NCBI GenBank assembly: GCA_963675595.2
Contig: CAXXLZ010000002.1
Span: forward strand, 3,904,001-3,968,000
Origin: Thermodesulfobacteriota bacterium
Lineage (GTDB): Bacteria; Desulfobacterota; Desulfarculia; JACQYL01
Direction: 5' to 3'
Length of the DNA: 64,000 nt
In this document: piece after piece, positions 1-10,070 of the stretch
How positions within the stretch are numbered: the stretch's first letter is position 1
Layout of the letters: every line of letters starts with the position of its first letter
The notes under the pieces: generated by a model
Databases searched by the model: none
The model's input: the letters and a program-made list of their open reading frames with translations, nothing else
Told to the model about the DNA's origin: nothing
Made by a program: the position numbers and the translations under genes

Positions 1-329
1 ACGGGGAGCCGGCTCATATGAACCGGAGCGTAGTCCGCCTCGCCCGAGGCCACGGCGCCGCGGGTGTCCACGGACAGGTAGAAAGACTTGAATCGGAAGG
101 AACCACCCATGCCCGACTCGGGTACGGGCAAGGCTCCCGTGGAAAAAGTCTGGAGGAGTTCGACGTCCGAGACTTCCCAACGTCGTTCAAGCAGCTTCCG
201 GATTAGAGTTTGAGGTTGAGCACAACCCGAACCGATAAAAACCCGGTTGCCTGAAGAAACGGACCGGACCGCTTCTTCGGGGCTACGGATTCTGCTGCGG
301 TACTCCGCTTCCCAATGTTTCCGCTTCAT
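1..329 (-). CDS. Acetyl-CoA hydrolase/CoA-transferase family protein, N-terminal part (runs off window start)
   Basis: Not in the ORF track. Manual translation from ATG at 329 gives MKRKHWEAEYRSRIRSPEEAVRSVSSGNRVFIGSGCAQPQTLI...GEADYAPVHMSRLP, a typical family N-terminus, and the frame stays open to the edge. Confidence 0.8.
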   Translation of the reverse strand, partial: MKRKHWEAEYRSRIRSPEEAVRSVSSGNRVFIGSGCAQPQTLIRKLLERRWEVSDVELLQTFSTGALPVPESGMGGSFRFKSFYLSVDTRGAVASGEADYAPVHMSRLP

Positions 330-744
330 GATCGGACTCCCTGAAAGTCGGTGGGCCGGAAGAGGGCGAGGTGGTTTCGCGACTGAAGCCACATGGATTA
401 TCTGAACTGAAAAAGGACGACTAATCAAGGAGTTTGTGAGGAGAACACCGGATCAACGGCTTGATTCAAACCAGCTATCCTGCTATCCTATTTCTTCTAT
501 TTGTTGGCGGCTTCGGACACGCCGAATCATATCACCGATTGGAGACCTGGGCGGCATACTCATGAATACCGGGACTTCCCACATCCGAATTTTCATTCCC
601 GTGGATACCCCATCATCGCTCCTTTGGGAAAAAAGGGAGGTGACGGCGATCTTATGGATCATGCCGAGCCCCTGCGGGGGCGGCTTCGAGCAGTAATCCG
701 AGATCGACTCATCTTTTCTTGTTTTTCTTGGAGGAAAACCAGCC

Positions 745-1920
745 ATGCGCACCATTGAAGAAATTAACCGGAAAATCCGGGAAGGCCGAGTTGTTGTCTG
801 CACGGCCGAGGAGATTATCGACGTCGTCCGTGAAAAGGGGAAGGCCGCGGCCGCCCGGGAAGTGGACGTGGTCACCACCGGAACCTTCAGTCCCATGTGT
901 TCCAGTGGGGCCTATTTCAATATCAAGCAGCCCAAAATCAAGATAAAGATGGGTGGAGGCGCGGCCTATCTGGATGAGGTGCCCGCATACGCCGGGTTCG
1001 CGGCCGCCGACATCTTCCTGGGCGCCACCGCCCTGCCCGATCGAGCTCCCAGGAACATTCGGCATCCCGGCGAATTCCCTTTTGGCGGCGCTCACGTCAT
1101 TGAAGCCTTGGTTTCGGGAAAGAAGGTAACTTTGCGGGCCACGGCCCACGGCACCGACTGTTATCCGGCGGTCGAACGTAAGGAACTCGTCGGACTCGAG
1201 GATATGAACGAAGCGGTGCTGTTCAATCCGAGAAACTGCTACCAGAACTACAACGTGGCCGTGAACTTATCCGATAAGACCATCTACACTTACATGGGGG
1301 TGCTGCGTCCCCACATGGGAAACGCGAATTACTGTTCCGCCGGGCAGCTCTCTCCCCTACTCAACGATCCGAAGTATCGGACCATAGGCATCGGCACGCG
1401 CATCTTCCTGGGAGGGGGCGAAGGCTACGTGATCTGGCAGGGGACTCAGCACAATCCCAGCGTTCCCAGGACGGAAAAGGGGGTCCCGAGGCGCGCTTCG
1501 GGCACGTTGGCCGTTATCGGGGATTTGAAGCAAATGAGTCCGGACTGGCTCAAGGCGGTGAGTTTCACCGGTTACGGCGTTTCCATGGCCATGGGCATCG
1601 GGATACCCATTCCCATTCTGGACGAGCGTATGATCGACTACGTTTCCGTCACGGACGCCGAACTGGTGGCCCCTGTGATGGACTACAGCAGAGATTACCC
1701 TTACAGCGAAGGCAGAGGTTCTCTGGCGGAAGTAACCTATGCCGAGCTCAAAACAGGCAGTATTGAAATCGACGGGAAAACCGTGCCCACGGGGTGTTTC
1801 TCTTCCTACCTCAAGGCCCGGGAGATCGCGGAGATTCTCAAGACCCGTATCAGGGAAGGGAAATTCCTGTTGACCGAAAAGGTGGCGTCGCTGCCCGGCG
1901 CGGAAGGAGGGCAGGGATAA
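745..1920 (+). CDS. Homocysteine biosynthesis protein / L-aspartate semialdehyde sulfurtransferase (DUF39, MA1821-like, no CBS domains)
   Basis: MRTIEEINRKI...DVVTTGTFSPMCSSGA, NPRNCYQNY, GQLSPLLNDP motifs; GGAGG RBS; followed by NIL-ferredoxin partner. Confidence 0.9.
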   Translation: MRTIEEINRKIREGRVVVCTAEEIIDVVREKGKAAAAREVDVVTTGTFSPMCSSGAYFNIKQPKIKIKMGGGAAYLDEVPAYAGFAAADIFLGATALPDRAPRNIRHPGEFPFGGAHVIEALVSGKKVTLRATAHGTDCYPAVERKELVGLEDMNEAVLFNPRNCYQNYNVAVNLSDKTIYTYMGVLRPHMGNANYCSAGQLSPLLNDPKYRTIGIGTRIFLGGGEGYVIWQGTQHNPSVPRTEKGVPRRASGTLAVIGDLKQMSPDWLKAVSFTGYGVSMAMGIGIPIPILDERMIDYVSVTDAELVAPVMDYSRDYPYSEGRGSLAEVTYAELKTGSIEIDGKTVPTGCFSSYLKAREIAEILKTRIREGKFLLTEKVASLPGAEGGQG

Positions 1921-2336
1921 TGGCTGCTCGAAAGATCGTATTTCGTTTTCCTCCCGAGGCTGTGGAAGAGCCCTTGACCTTCCGGCTGGTGAAGGACTTC
2001 AATTTAATGGTCAACATTCTTCGTGCGTCCATTGCCCCGGGCAAGAAAGGCCGTTTGGCCATGGCCTTGAGCGGCACGGAGGAGGATCTGGATCGGGCGC
2101 TGGATTACGCTCGCAGCATCGGAGTGGAATGGGAACCCATGGCGGAGGAAATCCGTCGCCGTGAAGAGCGGTGTACGAGTTGCACCGCCTGCATCCCCGC
2201 CTGCCCCACCCAGGCCTTGAATGTGGATCGTACGACTTGGCTGGTGTCCCTGGACAAAGACAAGTGCATCCTGTGCGGTTCGTGCGTGCCGGTCTGCGCG
2301 TATAAGGCCATGGAAATCGCTTATAACGGCGGCTGA
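1920..2336 (+). CDS. NIL-domain + 2x[4Fe-4S] ferredoxin (MA1822-like partner)
   Basis: TAATG stop/start overlap; 'VNILRA' NIL motif; CTSCTACIPACP and CILCGSCVPVC. Confidence 0.88.
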   Translation: MAARKIVFRFPPEAVEEPLTFRLVKDFNLMVNILRASIAPGKKGRLAMALSGTEEDLDRALDYARSIGVEWEPMAEEIRRREERCTSCTACIPACPTQALNVDRTTWLVSLDKDKCILCGSCVPVCAYKAMEIAYNGG

Positions 2337-2361
2337 GTCGAGCCGCCGGTGCCGTAATCAG

Positions 2362-2399
2362 CCAAAGGGAAAGAGCCGTCGACGGTTCTTCCCCTTTGG
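2362..2399. terminator. Stem-loop after the homocysteine operon
   Basis: Imperfect inverted repeat CCAAAGGGAAAGAGCCGTC/GACGGTTCTTCCCCTTTGG just downstream of the stop. Confidence 0.55.
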
Positions 2400-2599
2400 T
2401 CTCTTCATCCGCCCATTGAGAAACCATGATGGGCAAGGCGAGGGGCGCGCATGGAAGTGTGTCGCAGTGAAGAGGGATGATGGAGCGTAACGCCGCGGTT
2501 CGGGGTTCTCAGCGGACCATCGAGGACTGGTTGAGGGCAATGTTGCGTATCCGGAATTGATTCCGGAAAAGATGAGTTTTCAGCCCGAAAGGAGCTTCC

Positions 2600-3427
2600 A
2601 TGAGCTGGTTTGAAGTGAATCCCAATCTTTGCACACGCAGTGGATTGTGCGCCCGCGTCTGTCCCTCGGGCATCATCCGGCCTCCGGAGGGAGAAGACGG
2701 TTTGCCCGAGCTGATCCAAGGGGCGCAGTCTCTCTGCATCCGGTGCGGGCATTGTGTGGCGGCGTGTCCGGAGGGAGCCTTGGCCGTGGGGGGCATTTCA
2801 GCGGGTCGATGTACGCCCGTCAGGCCGGAATTGAGGGTTTCACCGGAGCAGGCCGAGCAATTGCTCCGTTCGCGTCGTTCCATTCGAAGTTTCCAGGATC
2901 GGCCGGTGGACAAGGCATTGATTCACCAGTTGATCGAGACGGCCCGGTATGCTCCGTCCGGACACAACTCGCAACCCGTCGAGTGGCTGGTCATCCATGA
3001 TTCACTTCAAGTGAAGGCGTTGACCGGTCTGGTGGCCGACTGGATGCGGGACTTGGTAAAAAGGGACGATCCTCTGGCTCGGCTGTGGCATGCCGACAGA
3101 ATCCTGGAGGTATGGGAGTCGGGTCGGGATCGTATCTGTCGCGGTGCACCCCACATGGTTACGGCCCACGGTCGGACGGATCTGGGTACCGCCCCCACGG
3201 CTTGCGTCATCGCACTGGCCTATCTGGAGATCGCGGCGTATGCTCAAGGCCTGGGAGCGTGTTGGGCGGGCTTTTTCAATTTGGCCGCGCTCCGATGGCC
3301 TCCCATGGCCGAAGCGTTGAATCTGCCTCCGGGGCACACGGCTTTCGGTTCCATGATGTTGGGGTACCCCGATATCACCTACCAACGTATTCCACCCAGA
3401 AAAGAGCCGCCGATCGTCTGGAGATAA
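2600..3427 (+). CDS. Nitroreductase family protein with N-terminal ferredoxin domain
   Basis: CTRSGLCARVCP and CIRCGHCVAACP; RRSIRSF, APSGHNSQP, GLGACW motifs; AGGAG RBS. Confidence 0.92.
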   Translation: MSWFEVNPNLCTRSGLCARVCPSGIIRPPEGEDGLPELIQGAQSLCIRCGHCVAACPEGALAVGGISAGRCTPVRPELRVSPEQAEQLLRSRRSIRSFQDRPVDKALIHQLIETARYAPSGHNSQPVEWLVIHDSLQVKALTGLVADWMRDLVKRDDPLARLWHADRILEVWESGRDRICRGAPHMVTAHGRTDLGTAPTACVIALAYLEIAAYAQGLGACWAGFFNLAALRWPPMAEALNLPPGHTAFGSMMLGYPDITYQRIPPRKEPPIVWR

Positions 3428-4000
3428 GGCCGGACAACGGATTTCTTGACTTACGAGCATTCCCGGCATCCGTCTCCGGGAATTGGTGCGCGGGGAACGA
3501 CTTTCGAGGAGATACGCCGACGAAGCCGCCCGCCCCGCGCCGGCTCTCCGAATGCTCCCATTCTCCTGCGTACGCAGGGCAGGTTGCGGTCGCTCGCCGT
3601 CGATCCCACCGACAAACTCATGTCCCGTTTTCCATCTTGACCGCATCACCGGTTCGACGCGCCGAAGAAAAGCATCACAGGTCGGTGCGCTTTCAGCACG
3701 TTGGTTCGCTCCATTCGGGAAGTGTGCCTGAGCGTTCCGGCCGATCGCCTTCATGGATTTGTCCGAAAAAGCAATAGGCTGAAAAGCGCTCTTTCAGGTA
3801 TGATATGAAAGTGGCCGCCGTGAAAAACTACTCCGACTCGTCGACGCTTGCCTTGGGAATCCCGCAGAAGGGGTTCCTCTCTTCCTCATTCCGTATATTT
3901 CAAGCCGGCGACAAACCATTCGAAATTTCTTGAGCTGCGAAGACGCACGGTTCGGAGTCCGACGCAACCCGGTGACGGATGGACGAAAAGGAGGTGCGAT

Positions 4001-6949
4001 GTGACCGCCAAGTCAGGAATCAGTCGTTTGCGGAACCGAACGATTTTGGTGATGAGCATGGTAATGCTCTGGGGCGCTGCGGCTTTCGTTTTTTCGGACA
4101 AGTCTTCCGACGCCTCGGACTCTGAACCCGTCGTCGTAACGTCTTCCGGGTCGCCCGATGGGGCTTCGTGGAGGGCGGCGGGCAGCGAGACCGATTTCCC
4201 GAAGAACCGCGGCCTGTATGTTCCGGTCCCGTTTCCGGACAGAACGGACGTCACCGAGGACAAAGACCGCCCTTTGGGTCGCGCCGTCACCTACGACGTG
4301 GAAACGGGGCAAGTGATCCGTCACCTACGCGTGCAGCGGGATTCCTCCGGAGGTTCGAACGGGGAGTACGTGCCCGGCGGAGCGGGCGTGTACGTTTCGG
4401 AGAAGGGATTGATTGGGCGTGAGACTCCGATTATGCCCGAGGATTTCTGCTCGTTGATCGAGATTTCGGACCCTTCCCCGGCGCCCTGGTGTCAGAGCGT
4501 CAAACTATTCATCATTGCGGTTGATGCCGACGGCGACGGCGTCTGCGATTCGGGAGAGACCTGTTATGAAGGCTCCGGCACCCTGATCGACCCCAAACAC
4601 GTGCTCACCGCGGGGCACTGCGTCCATGAAGGGGACGGAGGTGATTTCTACGACGTGATCACCGTGGTGCCCGGGTATGAAAACGGGAGCAGACCCTATG
4701 GAAGCGCTCGGTCCGTGCAACTCCACACATGGGAGGGGTGGGCGGACAACGGGACGTGGGGGCACGACGTGGGCGTGGTGGACCTGGACCGGCCCATCGG
4801 TGCGCTCACGGGCTGGCAGGGCTACGGCCACAACAACAGCACTTCCTTTTACTACGGGAACACCTTTACCAGTGCCGGATATCCGGGTGAATCCTACGGT
4901 GGTCAATACATGTACTATTGGTACGGAGACTTCGATTTCGTGTGGGACAAACACGTGTGCGTTTTCAGCAGGGGGTATCACGGACAGAGCGGAAGCGGGG
5001 CTCGGCGCAACGAAGGGGGCGGACCCGTGGTATACGCGGTGCACTCTTCCGGCACGGACATCGATACCACCAATTTTACCCGGGTTACCGAAGACAAATT
5101 CGAGGACATCCGCGACGACTTCATCGCCGGAGACCGACCTTCTTCCCCGGACCTGATTCCCCTGAACGTGCAGGTACGGCCGTCGGTAGTCCGGTCGGCC
5201 GAATCCCTGGAATCGCTGTCCTATGTGATTCACAATTATTCGTCGGCTGCATGGTCGGACCGCATTTATGTAAACGTCTATTTGTCGGACGATGATAATA
5301 TCTCCGCCTCGGATACCTTGCTGGATACCTACCACTTTACGGTCACCTTGGACCCCCTTGAATCCATTGCCATGACCCATGATCTGGTTCCGCCCGTGAT
5401 CCCGGCGGGAACCGCTTCCGGAGACTACTATGTGGGCGTGGTGCTGGACGTGGATGATGATCGGTCCGGCAACAACGACTCGGACGGAGATGATGCCGCT
5501 TCCCTGCGCGTGAGCGCCTGCGAGACACCGAGGGCGCCCGTGGGATTGACCGTGCCGGACGAGGACTGCGACGGTTCCTTCACCATCCGCTGGGCCGCCG
5601 TCCCGAACACCAACGCCCACATACTGGAACGAAGCACCAGTCCCACATACTCCGACGCGGTGGTCCTCTACGAGGGAACTTCGGACACGTACGAGGAAGA
5701 GGCGGACCTCGACACCTACTATTATCGGGTGCGGGCCGAAAATGACTGCGGGCTGGGCGACTGGAAGGAGGCCGGCCCCGTGGTGGTCATGGACCTGGAC
5801 CCCCCGGACGAAATCGTGGTTCCCGTCACGGATTGCGACGGCCTTTTTTCCATTAAGTGGCCGACTGCGGACGAAGCGGATTACTATGAACTGTATCGGT
5901 CGTCGGACCCTTATTTCGTTACCAAGGACGTTACGAAAGTCTACAGCGGAGACGAGACCAGTTACACGGAAACCGAAGACTTGACCGGGGAGGTCTACTA
6001 CCGCGTCCGCTCGGTACGGAATTTCTGCGGCCGCAGCGATTGGCAAACCGGGTCGGTCGTGATCGGGGGGAAGCCCGTGGCCCCCGCGTCCATCGATTAT
6101 CCCGAGACGAGCGACGACGGCGCATTCGAAGTGACCTGGGAATCGGTGCTGCTGGACGAATCTCACACCTATGTTCTCGAACGTTCAACGAGCATGATGT
6201 TTTCCGACGCGACGACCGTATACACCGGTGGGGAGCAGAGCTTTTCGGTTATGGGCCTGGGTGAGGGAACGCATTATTTTCGGGTTCGCGTGGAAACACC
6301 CTGCGGAGTAAGCAACTGGCGGACGGGCCTTGGGGTGGTCGTGGAAAAACCACCCTACGACGGCATCTGGAAGGACGCCGTTCCTTCCATGAATTTCTTC
6401 ATCCAGACCTACACCGACGGCTCGGGCATGGTCATCGCCACTCCCGACTTGAAAACCTATTCCGTGTTTATCGACGAGGACATTTCCGATGGTGTGGACG
6501 TGGACGACTACGCGGGTCTGGGCCGTCACCTGCGCATAAAATTTTTCGACGAGGATCACGGAGAGGCCGAGCTGAAGGCCGGTTCCCTGCAATCCTACTC
6601 CATCTCCAAGACGGCTCAAACGGACGATACTCCCACGAATCATGGGATCTGGAAGTCGCCGTCCTGCACCAAACCCGCAATGAACTTCTACATCCAGACC
6701 TATAAGACCGGCTCGGCCATTGTGATCGGCACTCCGGACTTGCTTTCCTACTATGTTTTCTTGGACGAGGACGCGCGCGACGGCCTGGATGTGGAGGAAC
6801 TCAGCGGCAAACCCTATCGGCTCAGCATGATTTTCCTGCCCTTCTACACGGGAGACATGCAGCCTCTGGACCGCTGCGTGGAGGCGCCCGTTCATGGATC
6901 CTCAGCCGCGGCCAAGGCTTGGTGCGTGTTGACTTCGGGGAAAAAATAG
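4001..6949 (+). CDS. Exported trypsin-like (V8/glutamyl-endopeptidase-type) serine protease with CARDB-like and FN3-like repeats and a duplicated C-terminal domain
   Basis: GTG at 4001 after GGAGG; hydrophobic N-terminal segment; triad LTAGHC / HDVGVVDL / GQSGSG; three FN3-like units ending in YYRVRA, YYRVRS, YFRVRV. Confidence 0.85.
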   Translation: MTAKSGISRLRNRTILVMSMVMLWGAAAFVFSDKSSDASDSEPVVVTSSGSPDGASWRAAGSETDFPKNRGLYVPVPFPDRTDVTEDKDRPLGRAVTYDVETGQVIRHLRVQRDSSGGSNGEYVPGGAGVYVSEKGLIGRETPIMPEDFCSLIEISDPSPAPWCQSVKLFIIAVDADGDGVCDSGETCYEGSGTLIDPKHVLTAGHCVHEGDGGDFYDVITVVPGYENGSRPYGSARSVQLHTWEGWADNGTWGHDVGVVDLDRPIGALTGWQGYGHNNSTSFYYGNTFTSAGYPGESYGGQYMYYWYGDFDFVWDKHVCVFSRGYHGQSGSGARRNEGGGPVVYAVHSSGTDIDTTNFTRVTEDKFEDIRDDFIAGDRPSSPDLIPLNVQVRPSVVRSAESLESLSYVIHNYSSAAWSDRIYVNVYLSDDDNISASDTLLDTYHFTVTLDPLESIAMTHDLVPPVIPAGTASGDYYVGVVLDVDDDRSGNNDSDGDDAASLRVSACETPRAPVGLTVPDEDCDGSFTIRWAAVPNTNAHILERSTSPTYSDAVVLYEGTSDTYEEEADLDTYYYRVRAENDCGLGDWKEAGPVVVMDLDPPDEIVVPVTDCDGLFSIKWPTADEADYYELYRSSDPYFVTKDVTKVYSGDETSYTETEDLTGEVYYRVRSVRNFCGRSDWQTGSVVIGGKPVAPASIDYPETSDDGAFEVTWESVLLDESHTYVLERSTSMMFSDATTVYTGGEQSFSVMGLGEGTHYFRVRVETPCGVSNWRTGLGVVVEKPPYDGIWKDAVPSMNFFIQTYTDGSGMVIATPDLKTYSVFIDEDISDGVDVDDYAGLGRHLRIKFFDEDHGEAELKAGSLQSYSISKTAQTDDTPTNHGIWKSPSCTKPAMNFYIQTYKTGSAIVIGTPDLLSYYVFLDEDARDGLDVEELSGKPYRLSMIFLPFYTGDMQPLDRCVEAPVHGSSAAAKAWCVLTSGKK

Positions 6950-7198
6950 GGTGATGGGACCCTCGATGGTCTGCATGAGGAGTTCACTCGACCGTTCCAG
7001 GCGGGATCCGGCTGAAAAAAATATCGGGCATGGGTCGAGGCGGGACGGGCCACATGGGGGACGAGAAAGGATTGATGTGCGACGCTTTTCCGATTTCGCC
7101 GGCGGACCTTCGGGCCGTGCGAACTTTCACGTCCAAGGGCGGGCCGCATTGTGCCCGCCCTATTGAGACTTCTCGGGGAAGCGCTTGCGCGAAAGAAC

Positions 7199-7221
7199 GG
7201 CGGGTTGACGGCGCTCCCGCC
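7199..7221 (-). terminator. Probable intrinsic terminator of the fadL-like gene
   Basis: GGCGGG...CCCGCC hairpin followed on the minus strand by GTTCTTT, about 10 nt after the stop. Confidence 0.45.
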
Positions 7222-7230
7222 TTGAGCGAT

Positions 7231-8493
7231 CTAGAATTTCCAGGTAAGGGCGAAATCGAACGAGTTTTCCATCAAAGAGGATTCCAGTTCCACCGGTTGG
7301 CCCGTGATGTCCGTCCCTCGTTCGCTCAGGGAGTTTTCAAAGGCGTGGACATAGCCCAAATGAACGGCGAACCGCTCCGACAGATCAATGCCCACGCCTA
7401 CACCGAGGTGGTGTTCCACCACTGCGGGAAACCCGACCATACGAAACGTTTCATAGTAATAACGAGGCATGGTCTTTCCCTGCACCGTGACCATTGATGT
7501 GCCGTTGAAACCGTTATTGGCATTGACCGGATTTTCGCCGTAATTGTAGCCCAAGCGTACGGAAAGCCAATCCAAGGGCTTGACCTGCACGCCTATGCCG
7601 AACACCCATTGGTTGTCCCAACCGAAGTCCCGGTATCCGGTGGCGTCTCCCCAGTTGATCCACCTGATGTCCGTTTCCAGGAGCAGACGATTGCCCCATG
7701 CTTTGAAGGCGGCGCCGAATCCCACCTGCTGCGGGGATTCGAGGCTGAGGTCGTCCAAGGAACCGTCCGCGTCGAAATCTTGGACGTTGTCGTATTCCAC
7801 TTCTTGAGGAGAAACGTAGGTCAGGCCCAAGGATACGTGGTCCCATGGTTTGTAGATGATCCCCGCCTGAGCTCCCACGGCGTATCCGAACGAGTTGCCG
7901 TTTCTCAGGTCAAGGCTTGAGTAGTCCACGTGAACGGCCAATCCCACGGACAGAAAGTCGGTGGCCTGATAGGCCAGGGAAGGAGCGAATTTGAAAATCT
8001 GAAGCTGCGAATATTCCCCGGCGATGAGTGGGGCCGCCCCGCCGAAGCCTTCGTACCGGCTCTGGTCCAGATTCGAGCCTCGATAGTCCACCCCCAGACC
8101 GGTGACTCCGTAGGCGGCGAAACCGAAACGCCATCGATACAGGTCCGGTCCCAGAGGTGAGGAAATGCCGATGGCCGGAATGGCGTAAACCTGATCGTCG
8201 CTGTCGGCTTGAATGACCGTATCCCCTCGTTTCACGCGAGCGCTCACTTCCGGCATGAACAGGGTGCCTGCGAAATCCACCTGCGAGGCGGGACAGTAGG
8301 GGCCGAAACACATGGCTGCGGGGTTGAGAAAGACCGCGCTGATGGCGTCTTCCGGGGCCGCGATGCCCACGCCGCCCATGGCCCGGGAGATGGGACCCAC
8401 GGAAATCAAATTGTCGCCGTTGGTGGCGAAGGCCGGCATGCAGAAGCCGGTTACAATTAAGACCAGAGCCAAAAACAACCCCATACGTTTCAT
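7231..8493 (-). CDS. OmpP1/FadL/TodX family outer-membrane transporter
   Basis: Signal peptide, then ATNG...RAMGGVGIA...NPAAM hatch motif; amphipathic beta strands; C-terminal Phe (LTWKF). Confidence 0.9.
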   Translation of the reverse strand: MKRMGLFLALVLIVTGFCMPAFATNGDNLISVGPISRAMGGVGIAAPEDAISAVFLNPAAMCFGPYCPASQVDFAGTLFMPEVSARVKRGDTVIQADSDDQVYAIPAIGISSPLGPDLYRWRFGFAAYGVTGLGVDYRGSNLDQSRYEGFGGAAPLIAGEYSQLQIFKFAPSLAYQATDFLSVGLAVHVDYSSLDLRNGNSFGYAVGAQAGIIYKPWDHVSLGLTYVSPQEVEYDNVQDFDADGSLDDLSLESPQQVGFGAAFKAWGNRLLLETDIRWINWGDATGYRDFGWDNQWVFGIGVQVKPLDWLSVRLGYNYGENPVNANNGFNGTSMVTVQGKTMPRYYYETFRMVGFPAVVEHHLGVGVGIDLSERFAVHLGYVHAFENSLSERGTDITGQPVELESSLMENSFDFALTWKF

Positions 8494-8602
8494 TGCTCTC
8501 CTCCTGGTGAATTACGGTGCAAACGGGGAGGTTCCGTGGAGCCGGAACCCGATGCCGCGGTTGGTGGAACGCCGAAGCCCTCGAAAGCCCGGCTGAAATG
8601 GT

Positions 8603-9157
8603 TTAGATAAACAACTGAATCTTGCTGTCGGCGGCTTCTTCGAGAAACTTGGCCACGCCGCAATAGTCGATTTTTGGATAGTCGATCATCTCCTTGGGGC
8701 TGAATCCCATGAGGTCCATGGACATCTGACACACGTAGATCTGAACGCCCATCTCCCCGGCGGCTTCCATGAGTTCCTCGAGGGACGCCACGTTCTTCTT
8801 CTTCATGAGGTTTTTCATCATGGCGGTTCCCATGCCGCCCATGTTCATTTTGGAGAGTTTCACGGAGCAGGATCCGGCCGGCAGCATGGCTCCGAAGAGT
8901 TTTCCCATAAGGTCCTTGTCGCCGCCTTTCTTGCCGCGATCCCTCAATGCGGGTGTGCCCCAAAAGGTGAAGAACATGACGACCTCCATGTCCATGGCGG
9001 CCGCGCCGGTGGCGATGACGAAAGCTGCGAGGACTTTGTCCAGGTCCCCGCTGAACACGATCATGGAGAGTTTCTCTTTGGGGGTTCGACCCTCGAGCTG
9101 TTCCATTCGTTCTTTGAGTTGATTGAATTCATCCATAAAGGTTTCAGTAAGTTCCAC
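8603..9157 (-). CDS. DsrE/DsrF/DrsH-like sulfur-carrier family protein
   Basis: LSMIVFSGDLDK, MFFTFWG, LSKMNMGGMG, VCQMSMDLMG motifs; GTG start with AGGAG RBS. Confidence 0.9.
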   Translation of the reverse strand: MELTETFMDEFNQLKERMEQLEGRTPKEKLSMIVFSGDLDKVLAAFVIATGAAAMDMEVVMFFTFWGTPALRDRGKKGGDKDLMGKLFGAMLPAGSCSVKLSKMNMGGMGTAMMKNLMKKKNVASLEELMEAAGEMGVQIYVCQMSMDLMGFSPKEMIDYPKIDYCGVAKFLEEAADSKIQLFI

Positions 9158-9223
9158 GTGTATTGCTCCTTTCGTAGCGTTATTTGGTAAACGATATGAA
9201 CTAAAAGGGGCGAAAGCAGGGCC

Positions 9224-9703
9224 TCACACCAGACCCTGTTTCACGCTTTCCATGCTGCTTCGAAGGGCCTCCAGCGAGGCCATGACCGTTTTTCTGCTCT
9301 CAGGACCGAGATCCAGCAGAAGGGCACGGTGGATGTCCTGGTTGAGTTCCTCGATTTCTTCGGCTTTTTCGCGGCCTTCACGAGTCAAACTGATGAGTTT
9401 GAAGCGGGCGTCTTCGGGATCGGGAATACGGTTGACCAGATGTTTTCGCTCCAAACCGTCCACGATTTTGGTCACCCGGCTCTTGGCCACATCGAGCTTC
9501 TGCGCGATGCCCTTGACCGTGAGGTAGCGTTCTCCTCGGAACAACATTAAACAGCGCAGCTCCGCTTGGGGAATGCCGAAGCGGGAGGAGAGATAGGCGG
9601 TGCGCATGAGGCAACACTCGAGAATCTGTTCGAGCAAATCGCGGATCCTGAGGGTCTGGTAGTCAATGAGTTCGTCGTGTGTTCGTTTCTCTTCCGCGTC
9701 CAC
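9224..9703 (-). CDS. MarR family transcriptional regulator
   Basis: LTVKGIAQKLDVAKSRVTKIVDGLERKHLVNRIPDPEDAR wHTH; GTG at 9703 with GGAG RBS (the ORF track extends further upstream). Confidence 0.9.
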   Translation of the reverse strand: MDAEEKRTHDELIDYQTLRIRDLLEQILECCLMRTAYLSSRFGIPQAELRCLMLFRGERYLTVKGIAQKLDVAKSRVTKIVDGLERKHLVNRIPDPEDARFKLISLTREGREKAEEIEELNQDIHRALLLDLGPESRKTVMASLEALRSSMESVKQGLV

Positions 9704-10070
9704 TACGGCTCCGGTGCGCCGGGCGGTTGTCCGGCGGGAAGGTTTCACTCTTTGCGGCAATAGTTACCAGTATGAACCAATGGTAATGAAGAGAAGGCAA
9801 CTCGTCAACTGATTTTTTCCGTGAAAAATGAGAGACCACGCGGGCCATTGGGAAACGTCCGTTGGAGGAGATACCGGGGGGGCAGGAGCAAAGCAGCCGT
9901 TGATTCCGGGAGAGTGGGCGCTTAATGTATGCGGTTGAAAGAATCGACTCCGCATCGGGAATTCTCCGATGTGTTTCCAAGCTCACCGGTCTTTGCGAAC
10001 GCCGGTCCCCAGCGAAGAGGAAGGGACCGAAGTTCGCCGAAGGCGCGCCGTAACTTCATCGGAGGTTTGA

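Noticed and set aside
330-744. Possible SAM riboswitch or small ORFs (483-662 minus, 436-696 plus) upstream of the homocysteine genes
   Set aside because: No SAM-I core elements recognisable; the ORFs lack a convincing RBS or motifs.
4505-6166. Long antisense ORFs (this 553-aa one, also 13690-15156, 15821-16813, 18558-19508, 45042-46376)
   Set aside because: They lie opposite well-supported genes, have no motifs, and are expected shadows of high-GC codon usage.
6947-7015. Possible TAG read-through extending the protease by about 21 aa
   Set aside because: The extension does not continue the repeat pattern, and there is no sign of pyrrolysine machinery in the window.
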